Origin: Myxococcales bacterium
GTDB lineage: Bacteria; Myxococcota_A; UBA9042; JABWCM01; BTVJ01
NCBI GenBank assembly: GCA_045863395.1
Contig: BTVJ01000015.1
Location: forward strand, 1-64,000
Direction of reading: 5' to 3'
Length of the DNA stretch: 64,000 nucleotides
This document shows, piece after piece, positions 9,752-17,244 of the stretch; positions within the stretch are counted from its first letter, which is position 1, and each line of letters starts with the position of its first letter. The notes beneath the pieces are model-generated. The model made no database searches. It saw only the letters and a program-made list of their open reading frames with translations, and was not told the DNA's origin. Made by a program: the position numbers and the translations under genes.

Positions 9752-10651
9752 TCAGGCGGCGCGCGCCTCGTTGATGGGGCTCAGCTCGTCGAACCCGTAG
9801 CGCCGCGCGTAGGCGGCATGGATCCCCGGACACCGGACACGGGCGGCGCACCCCTCACAGGGCGGGCCGTGGACCCGGCGGTCATCGTCCCCCGCTTCCC
9901 TCACTGGGTCGGAACCTGGATGAGCCTCGGCCAGCGCGGGGCGCAGGTCGACGAGGCCCCGCTCGTCTCCCCCGAGCACGCACGGCGGCACCCCCTTGAT
10001 GGACGCGGGCCGCCGCACCCGCCGGAGCACCCCGACCGCCTGCGCGAGGTGCGGCGCGGTCATCGCGTAGCGAGGAACGATCTGCACCAGGTCTGTGCCG
10101 GCCAGCCCGGCGGGCCGCGCGAAGGACGCGCGCCAGCCGTCAGCTCCCAGCGACACGGCGAAGGCGGCGAGCTCCTTCAGGTGACGGTGGTTGGAGCGGG
10201 TGATCACGGAGGTGACCAGGACGGGCAGCTCGTGGGCCTTGGCGCGCTGAAGCCCGCGGACCGCCTGCTCGAAGGACCCCTCCGCCCGCGTGTGCCAGTC
10301 GTGGAGCAGCGCCTCGTGGCCCTGCAGCGCGATCTGGAGCGAAGAGACGCCCGCCTCGACCAGCCGGGACACGACGCCTTTGTAGGAGAGCATGCGCCCG
10401 TTGGTCTGGACCTCGACGCGACGGAAGCCGAGGCCTCGGGCGAACGCGACCCACGCCGGCAGCTCATCGCGCAGCGAGGGCTCACCGCCCGTCAGCACGA
10501 GGACGTCGCCAACGGCCCTGGCCTGCGCGATGCGCTCCCGCACAGCGTCGTCCGCGAGATCACGGGTGCGGTCGCGCAGCGTGCCCTGCGAGCAGAAGCG
10601 GCAGCGGCTGTTACACGACCAGCCCGTGACGACGTCGACGCGTCCCGACAA
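9752..10651 (-). CDS. Radical SAM protein, HxsC-like
   Basis: CNSRCRFC, LTGGEPS, VQTNGRML, VPPCVL and C-terminal CEGCAARVRCPG. Confidence 0.9.
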   Translation of the reverse strand: MSGRVDVVTGWSCNSRCRFCSQGTLRDRTRDLADDAVRERIAQARAVGDVLVLTGGEPSLRDELPAWVAFARGLGFRRVEVQTNGRMLSYKGVVSRLVEAGVSSLQIALQGHEALLHDWHTRAEGSFEQAVRGLQRAKAHELPVLVTSVITRSNHRHLKELAAFAVSLGADGWRASFARPAGLAGTDLVQIVPRYAMTAPHLAQAVGVLRRVRRPASIKGVPPCVLGGDERGLVDLRPALAEAHPGSDPVREAGDDDRRVHGPPCEGCAARVRCPGIHAAYARRYGFDELSPINEARAA

Positions 10652-10720
10652 GGGATCCCTCTGTGTCTGCGGCCGCCGCAGCGGCTGGTTGGTTCTGGGG
10701 CTGCCTCCACCGGCCCCGAG

Positions 10721-10749
10721 AGCGTAACAGCGGGCCCCACCCGGGTCAA
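10721..10749 (-). promoter_or_regulatory. Putative sigma-70 promoter of the radical SAM operon
   Basis: Minus strand TTGACC-N17-TACGCT, about 70 bp upstream of the start at 10651. Confidence 0.5.
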
Positions 10750-10802
10750 CGCACGCCCCCGAAATCCCGAGGAATCCGGCCCTCGGGAGGGTCCCCGGCC
10801 CC

Positions 10803-10832
10803 TTGACACCCGCGGGAGCCCGACCGTAGAGT
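10803..10832 (+). promoter_or_regulatory. Putative sigma-70 promoter of hxsD
   Basis: TTGACA-N18-TAGAGT upstream of the ATG at 10886. Confidence 0.6.
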
Positions 10833-10885
10833 GGCGGCCGGTGTCGGGGAGCCCCCGGCCACGAAGAGGCACGAACGGAGGCGAG

Positions 10886-11425
10886 ATGAAGGAGCCGAAG
10901 GTGCTGTCCATCGACGCCGCGCAGGGGGTGGCTCTCCTCGCGCTGGACAAGGGCCTCTACCCGCTGGAGGTGATCTACGGCGCTGCCTACGTGCTCATCG
11001 ACAGGGCGTATGTGCTGCTCGACCGGGACGACGAGGGCCGCACCCTGGTGCGCATCGAGTGGAAGCCGGAGGAGCGGCGCCCCGACGCCTCCCCGGAGCA
11101 GGCACTGCGTGCGCTGGCGGGCGAGCTGTCCAATGAGCTGCTGAGCCAGGCGCTCCGGCGCAAGATCACCAAGCAGAACCAGCCGATCCTCGAAGCGATC
11201 ATCACCCAGGCCATGGCGGGCGCAACGGGAGCGACCTTCGGCGCGTTGGAGCAGGGCGACGACGATCTGGACTTTCTCGACGATCCGCTGGGCATCGCCG
11301 TCCCCTGGGAGGAGAAGTTCTCCAAAGACAAGAAGAAGGCCGCGGAGTCGGCGACGGACGCGACGACGGCGGGTCCGGGCCAGTCTGGGGGCTTCAAGCC
11401 CACGTCAGAGGGAGGCGCGTCGTGA
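10886..11425 (+). CDS. hxsD: His-Xaa-Ser system protein HxsD-like, with acidic C-terminal tail
   Basis: LDKGLYPLEVIYGAAYVLIDRAYVLLD...ELSNELLSQALRRKI resembles the HxsD signature. Tail LDFLDDPLGIAVPWEEK. GGAGG RBS. Confidence 0.8.
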   Translation: MKEPKVLSIDAAQGVALLALDKGLYPLEVIYGAAYVLIDRAYVLLDRDDEGRTLVRIEWKPEERRPDASPEQALRALAGELSNELLSQALRRKITKQNQPILEAIITQAMAGATGATFGALEQGDDDLDFLDDPLGIAVPWEEKFSKDKKKAAESATDATTAGPGQSGGFKPTSEGGAS

Positions 11426-11631
11426 CGCTCCGTCTGGACCGCAAGCTCTACACGAAGGCGGCGGTGACCGCGACGGCGGAGGCCTTCGCGGGGCTCGCCC
11501 GCATCCAGGTCACGGCCGACGACCGCTACCATGTCGTGGAGCTGTCGGACCCCGACCCGGACGTCGCCGACACGATCGACAGGGAGTTCGCGAACTTCGC
11601 CCTCGCGGAGACCATCGAGGGGCGGCGCTGA
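11422..11631 (+). CDS. Small HxsD-like protein
   Basis: 69 aa, LDRKLYTKAAV...AFAGLA...EFANFAL. GTGA overlap with hxsD and a GGAGG RBS. Confidence 0.75.
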   Translation: MTLRLDRKLYTKAAVTATAEAFAGLARIQVTADDRYHVVELSDPDPDVADTIDREFANFALAETIEGRR

Positions 11632-11714
11632 CCGCGGCTCCCGCCCGGGCGCGTGACACCCAGGTGGTGACGGTCACAACCACGTCACTGTCATCATTCT
11701 CGTCGTTCTCATCG

Positions 11715-11744
11715 TTGACAGGGGTAGAGCGGGGCCCGTAGACT
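11715..11744 (+). promoter_or_regulatory. Putative sigma-70 promoter of the Tat-signal gene
   Basis: TTGACA-N18-TAGACT, preceded by three 9-bp direct repeats. Confidence 0.6.
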
Positions 11745-11807
11745 TGCTGGCAACGCGGACTCGCACCACCTGTCGCAGCCAAAAAAGGGACCGTCGGAGG
11801 CCTCCAG

Positions 11808-12377
11808 ATGTCGATGAACAAGGACAATGGCGTCACTCGCCGCGGCTTCATCACCGGGCTCGCAGCAGGTACCGCGGTGATCGCCCTGGCCCGGCCAGGG
11901 GTCGCCAGCCCCGCGAGCAGCATCCCCTCCGACGAGCCCAGCCGGGCTGAGCCCCTCGGCTCCCTCCAGGACCTGTCCGCCCCGCTCCGAGACGTCCTCG
12001 CGGTCCTCACACCGGGGGCCACCGTGCTCCCTGGCTGGAGCATCGCCAACGTCGGCACCCGCACCGGAGCAGTGGCCGTGTTCCTGCGCTCCACAGAGGG
12101 CGCGGAGCTGCGGGTGGACGTGTGCCGGAGGGACGCGGACCGTCAGTCTGGCGTCGTGAGGACGGAGCACTTCGAGCTCGTCCTGATGAACCACGGCGAG
12201 GGCCAGGCGGTCACCCCCCAGGAGCACGAGCAGGCGGCGCGAGTCATCGGCGAGGCGCTGCGCCGCGTCGAGGGGCGGCTGACCGCAGCCCCGTCTGAGC
12301 TCGCGACCCACGAGCGGAGGGTCGCGCTCTTCCAGAACGCCGTCCTGTTCCACCCGGAGCCGGCGCGCCGAGCCTGA
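11808..12377 (+). CDS. Twin-arginine (Tat) signal protein of unknown function
   Basis: TRRGFITG followed by a hydrophobic stretch. GGAGG RBS. Confidence 0.8.
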   Translation: MSMNKDNGVTRRGFITGLAAGTAVIALARPGVASPASSIPSDEPSRAEPLGSLQDLSAPLRDVLAVLTPGATVLPGWSIANVGTRTGAVAVFLRSTEGAELRVDVCRRDADRQSGVVRTEHFELVLMNHGEGQAVTPQEHEQAARVIGEALRRVEGRLTAAPSELATHERRVALFQNAVLFHPEPARRA

Positions 12378-12563
12378 GCGTTGGCCCTCCCGCCACAGAA
12401 CGTACGGCGAAGCCCTCGTTCTTGACCCACTGCCCCTGCGCCAGAACCCTGTCACCCTAGGCTACCCTCAGCGGAGAGATCTGCGCCCTGGCCCTGTCCC
12501 CGCTCCCGACGATGTGATAGGGTACTGCGATCCCGCGCCTACCCACATCTGCGGAGTGTGTTC

Positions 12564-15425
12564 ATGCGTCTCTCACGGCTCCTGCTCAGCGTGCTCGTAT
12601 TCTCCTTGGGGTGCTCCGAGTCGGACGTCACGGGGGCCGGCGAGCCGGACGCGGGGGATCCCGGCCCGGTCGGCGGCCACGGCAAGCTCACCATCGACAC
12701 GAAGCTGTCCGACAACCAAGTGTACGCGGGCCAGACCGTCGACGTGACCTGCACCGTCCGGGACGGGTCCGGCGAGGCCGTAGACAAGCCCACCGGGCTG
12801 TTCATCAAGCCCGGCGAGGGGCTGACCGTCACCGACCATGCGCTGCTGACCACCAAGCCTGGCACCTGGAAGGTGGCCTGCAAGCTGCTCGACCCCCCCA
12901 TCGTCGACCTGGACATGGAGACCCTCGTCGTCGTCAAGGGCGCACCCATCAAGGTGGAGGCGAAGGTGGACCCCGCCTCCGTTGGCGCCGGAGAGCAGGC
13001 GCAGGTCACGTGCATCGTGACGGACGCGCTCGGGAACGTGCTGGACGAGCCCACGTCCGTGGTGGCAGAGGGGCTCACTGTGGACGACCACTCCATCAGC
13101 GGCACGACGCCCGGCACCTACGAGGTGCGCTGCGTGGTCGACGAGCACCCGAAGCTGGAGAACATCCCCGGGTCGCTGGTCATCGAGGCCGCCGTGCCCG
13201 CGACCATCGAGCTGTCCGTGACGCCGGTGAAGTCCATCTACGACCCGGGCAACAACGTCACGTTCTCTTGGGTGGTGAAGGACGCCTTCGGCAACGAGAT
13301 CCCCGACGCCCCAGCGACGCTGGTGGGCCCGACGGAGGGCGTCAAGCACCTCCAGGACACGAAGTACAAGCTCCTCGTGGACGGCCACCACACGTTCACG
13401 GTCACGCTGGACCCGCCTGGGCCGCCGCTGTCCGACTCGCTCACCCTCATCGTGGACGGCCTGGCGCCCGAGATCGTGATCGACTGGCCCGAGCGGGGCG
13501 CCACGATTCAAGGTGGTGCAACGGACGATGTCGTGATTCAGGGGCACATCGTCGATGCGGGCGGGGTGAAGTCCTTCTCCATCAACGGGCAGCCGGTCCC
13601 GCTGACCGAGGACGGGAGCTTCACCTTCCCGATGAGCCCCAAGTGGGGCCTGAACCTCATCGACGCCAAGGCGGTGGACATCGCGGACCACGAGTCGCGC
13701 ATCTCGCCCACCTACTACTACTCGACGGCCTTCCTCTCCTACGAGGGGGCGACGGCCGGGGACGTGAAGCTCCCCGACTCGGTGGCGCTGCTCCTGGGCC
13801 AGCCCTTCCTGGACGATGGCGACCACGACCCGGCACACCCGAACGACGTGGCGACGCTGCTGGAGATGGTGCTCTCCCTGCTGGACCTGAACAGCCTGAT
13901 CCCCCCGATCAACCTGCCCGGCTTCGGCACCACGCTGCCTGGCATCATCAACTTCTCCATCCCGGGGCCCGCGGGCACCACCATCGATCTCGCCGGGGAC
14001 CTCGGCTTCGAGGTCATCATCGGCCAGCCCCAGCTCGGCTCGTTCACTGTCTCGCTGGATTCGCGGGAGGGCGGCATCGACATGGGCCTCGGCCTCGGGA
14101 GCGAGGCAAAGCCCGCCTTCCTGTTGCCGATCACCATCGAGGTGTCGGTCCCCGTGACCATGGGCATCACCTTCGACCTGCCCTTCGGCGGCGGGCAGCA
14201 GACCATCGAGCTGGACGTGGTGGGCAAGGCGACCATCGCGACCGGGGTGCAGATCAAGCACATCGGGGTCGTCACGCGCCTGGATATCGCCTTGGCGCCC
14301 GGCGGGCAGGCGGAGGTGTCGGTCGCAGACATCGAGATCCAGCTCCAGGGGGTTGGCGTCGTGCCCATCAAGGAGCTGGTCATCGACTTCGGTGACCTGC
14401 AGCTCATCCCGTTCCTGCCGCCCATCCCGCTGAAGTTCGACCTGCTGCAGTTCATCCCCGGCATCACGGACCTGTTCGACTTCCTGGTGCTCGACCCGCT
14501 CATCCAGGCCATCGAGCCGCAGATCTCGGGGCTCATCGAGCCTCTGATCGACCAGGCCATCGGCGCCGTCATCGAGCCGCTGTTCGCTGCGCTCAACCTG
14601 GAGACGACGCTGCCGCTGCCGAGCCTGACGGGAGGCCCCGACATGGAGCTGGGCATGGCCATCGGGCTGTCGTCCATCCAGTTCACGGACGACGGCGGCA
14701 CCATCGGCCTCGGCTGGGGGTGGGCGACTCCCAAGGGCGTCGACCGCCAGCCCCTCGGGATGCCGCTGCGCGATGGCTGCCTCAACGGCACGGGCGACGG
14801 GCCCTTCGCCTACTCCTGGGAGCGCTCCGTGGGCGCCGCCGGCCGCACGGACTCGCTCAACGAGCTGCTGTTCTCGCTGTGGTGGAGCGGCATGCTCAAC
14901 AACACCCTGGATCTGAGCGGCCTCGGCGGCGGTGGTGGGGGCGGCTTCAGCCTGGACGGGGTCGTGATCACGCCCACCATGCTGCTCCCGCCGCTGGCCA
15001 ACGACTGCAGCAAGGGCCCGAACGAGGTGCAGGTCGGCGATATGTACCTGGACCTGGACGTGAACCTGGGCGGCTTCGCCATCAAGGCCAAGATCATCAT
15101 GGATCTCGCGGTCCAGGTGAACTTCGTCGGCGGCCCCGACGGCATCTCGCTCCAGATCGGGCAGTTCACGCTGCTCGACATCGAGGTGCTGGACGTGGGT
15201 GGGGGCCTCGGGGCGTTGTTCGACGTGGAGGACCTGCTGCTCGGCACCCTGGTCCCCATGATCAAGGACAACGTGGAGGGGCTGACGCTCGGCCCCATCC
15301 CGCTGCCCGGGATCCCGCTCGACGGCATCCTGCCGGGCGTCCCACCGGGGACCGAGTTCCTGATCGGCGACTTCAAGGTGGGCAAGCAGCCCGGCTACAC
15401 GATCATCGCAGGGGACGCCCAGTAG
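12564..15425 (+). CDS. Large lipoprotein with Ig-like repeats and a hydrophobic C-terminal region (possibly BPI/TULIP-like)
   Basis: Lipobox SLGC, VTCxVxD(A/G)xG Ig-like units, and a long L/I/P/G-rich C-terminal half. Confidence 0.8.
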   Translation: MRLSRLLLSVLVFSLGCSESDVTGAGEPDAGDPGPVGGHGKLTIDTKLSDNQVYAGQTVDVTCTVRDGSGEAVDKPTGLFIKPGEGLTVTDHALLTTKPGTWKVACKLLDPPIVDLDMETLVVVKGAPIKVEAKVDPASVGAGEQAQVTCIVTDALGNVLDEPTSVVAEGLTVDDHSISGTTPGTYEVRCVVDEHPKLENIPGSLVIEAAVPATIELSVTPVKSIYDPGNNVTFSWVVKDAFGNEIPDAPATLVGPTEGVKHLQDTKYKLLVDGHHTFTVTLDPPGPPLSDSLTLIVDGLAPEIVIDWPERGATIQGGATDDVVIQGHIVDAGGVKSFSINGQPVPLTEDGSFTFPMSPKWGLNLIDAKAVDIADHESRISPTYYYSTAFLSYEGATAGDVKLPDSVALLLGQPFLDDGDHDPAHPNDVATLLEMVLSLLDLNSLIPPINLPGFGTTLPGIINFSIPGPAGTTIDLAGDLGFEVIIGQPQLGSFTVSLDSREGGIDMGLGLGSEAKPAFLLPITIEVSVPVTMGITFDLPFGGGQQTIELDVVGKATIATGVQIKHIGVVTRLDIALAPGGQAEVSVADIEIQLQGVGVVPIKELVIDFGDLQLIPFLPPIPLKFDLLQFIPGITDLFDFLVLDPLIQAIEPQISGLIEPLIDQAIGAVIEPLFAALNLETTLPLPSLTGGPDMELGMAIGLSSIQFTDDGGTIGLGWGWATPKGVDRQPLGMPLRDGCLNGTGDGPFAYSWERSVGAAGRTDSLNELLFSLWWSGMLNNTLDLSGLGGGGGGGFSLDGVVITPTMLLPPLANDCSKGPNEVQVGDMYLDLDVNLGGFAIKAKIIMDLAVQVNFVGGPDGISLQIGQFTLLDIEVLDVGGGLGALFDVEDLLLGTLVPMIKDNVEGLTLGPIPLPGIPLDGILPGVPPGTEFLIGDFKVGKQPGYTIIAGDAQ

Positions 15426-15428
15426 CGG

Positions 15429-16040
15429 TCAGCCGGGGGGCGGCGGCCGGAACCGGAAGGTCAGCGTGCCCGCCTGGACGTCGGCGCCCGGCTCCAGCTC
15501 CAGGCGCGCGTCCTGGGGGATGACGTCACCGCGCACCGCCACACGGTTCGTGCTGTTCAGGTCGGTGATGAACAGGCGCCCGCCATAGTGCTCGATGCGC
15601 ATGTGCTCCCCGGACAGAGCCCGGTCGTCGAAGAGGAGGTCGCCCCGGGCGCGGCCGATGACGATCTCGTGCAGCCAGGTCCTGATCTCGAAGACGATGC
15701 CCTCCCCCTCCCGCTCCACCTGGATCTCCATGGGCTTCGCGGTCTTGAGCGAGTGGAGCGCGAAGAGCAGCTCGACCCGGCCGAACCGCACCACGTCCCC
15801 GTCCGTCAGGCGCTCCCGAGGCCAGACCAGCCGACCATTGCGGTAGGTCTCCTGGTTCTGGAGCGGCTCCAGGACGTAGTTGCCCTCCTGAAAGCGGAAG
15901 CGCGCGTGCTGCGGCAGCACCGACGCAGCGCGGAGCACCACGTCGTTGTCGTCCCGGGAGCCGAGGGAGGTGGTCCGCGGGCTGAGGTCGATGCGGTGCA
16001 CGACCCGGGCCCCCAGCACGAACAGGTAGGCTTCATCCAT
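15429..16040 (-). CDS. Tandem FHA-domain protein
   Basis: LGSRDDNDVVL...HAR...TYRNG and IGR...LSGEH...DLNSTN. The first FHA is degenerate. Confidence 0.85.
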   Translation of the reverse strand: MDEAYLFVLGARVVHRIDLSPRTTSLGSRDDNDVVLRAASVLPQHARFRFQEGNYVLEPLQNQETYRNGRLVWPRERLTDGDVVRFGRVELLFALHSLKTAKPMEIQVEREGEGIVFEIRTWLHEIVIGRARGDLLFDDRALSGEHMRIEHYGGRLFITDLNSTNRVAVRGDVIPQDARLELEPGADVQAGTLTFRFRPPPPG

Positions 16041-16164
16041 GCCGTGCATTCAACCCCAGCGCCCTCGGGGCGTCAACAACGGGTATGACATCCGCGTCCG
16101 AGCCCTGACGCGCTCGCCAGGGGGTCCAGAGCCATAACCATCTGATTTCATGGCATCTGCATCT

Positions 16165-16180
16165 TGGAACGGCCGTTGCA
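16165..16180 (+). promoter_or_regulatory. Putative sigma-54 (-24/-12) promoter
   Basis: TGGAAC-N5-TTGCA, 35 bp upstream of the ATG at 16215. Confidence 0.65.
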
Positions 16181-16214
16181 TCATACACGTCCTTGGGGGG
16201 TTGGAGGTCATCGC

Positions 16215-17183
16215 ATGACAGCATGGAGATCCGGCGCGCTCGCGCTCTTCCTGACCGCCACGGCCTGTGAGGCCCCGCCGGTCGCGGAGGGGGGGCTCTG
16301 CCTGTCGGATGGCGCCTGCCCGCCATCACAGATGTGCCGGGAGGGCCAGTGCGCGGCGACCTGCTTGTCGGGGAGTGTGTGCCAGACAGCCGCCCCGCTG
16401 ATCGGGGGCATCTCAGTCATCGAGGTCACCACCTCGGGCGAGGAGCCCACGCTCACCGCCCAGGCCCTGTTCCTGGCCCCGACCAGCGACGGCATCGACG
16501 AGAGCCACACCCTGGCTGGCAGCGACTGCGTGCTGCTGCCCCTCACCGACGCTCCTGAGACGTGCGGTCTGTCCGCTGGCGTGATCACTCTGGAGGGCGC
16601 CATCCTGGCCCCGTCGCCGGGGGTCGCCGATGGGGCCGCGACCGAGGCTACATTGGAGCCCGTGACCGCGGAGGGTGGGAACGAGTACGAGATCGTCGTG
16701 GATGCATCGGCGCGCCTCGCACCGTCGGGTACGCTGGTCGCAGTCGCCGCGGGCGCCCAGGTCCCTGCCTTCACGGGGCAGGTGGCCGTGCCGGCGCCTC
16801 TGCTCGGCGCCCTCGGTGCCTATCGACCGGACGAGGGGCGCCTGGTCGCCACGTGGGAGCCTGGAGATTCGCCCCAGCTCGTGCTGCGGCTCAGCGGACC
16901 ACCCTCAGCGGAGGTAGAGGCGGCTCGAGCCGCCCTGACCACCCCCACCTCACAGGTCAAGCCCGACTCGCAGGGCGAGCCGCGCGCCCGCACGGTGGTC
17001 TGCCCCGCCCGGGACGAGGCGGGCACCATCGTCGTCCCCGCGTCCGTGCTGGCGGTCTTCACGCCTGGGCCCATCGAGGTGACGCTGGTCCGCTCCGGCC
17101 TGAGCTTCGTGGCGCTCCCCGAGGGGGACGTCATGGTGCGTGCCGCGCGGGAGGTGCGCATGGAGACCCAGATCGTCCGGTGA
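16215..17183 (+). CDS. Hypothetical lipoprotein with N-terminal Cys-rich module
   Basis: GGAGG RBS, lipobox ATAC, CLSDGACPPSQMCREGQC and VVCPARDEAGTIVVPA. Confidence 0.75.
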   Translation: MTAWRSGALALFLTATACEAPPVAEGGLCLSDGACPPSQMCREGQCAATCLSGSVCQTAAPLIGGISVIEVTTSGEEPTLTAQALFLAPTSDGIDESHTLAGSDCVLLPLTDAPETCGLSAGVITLEGAILAPSPGVADGAATEATLEPVTAEGGNEYEIVVDASARLAPSGTLVAVAAGAQVPAFTGQVAVPAPLLGALGAYRPDEGRLVATWEPGDSPQLVLRLSGPPSAEVEAARAALTTPTSQVKPDSQGEPRARTVVCPARDEAGTIVVPASVLAVFTPGPIEVTLVRSGLSFVALPEGDVMVRAAREVRMETQIVR

Positions 17184-17244
17184 CGGTGGCCGCTCCGGCG
17201 AGGCTCCGCTATACTCGCGGCGGCCTCGCTGACCCCAGCCCGGA

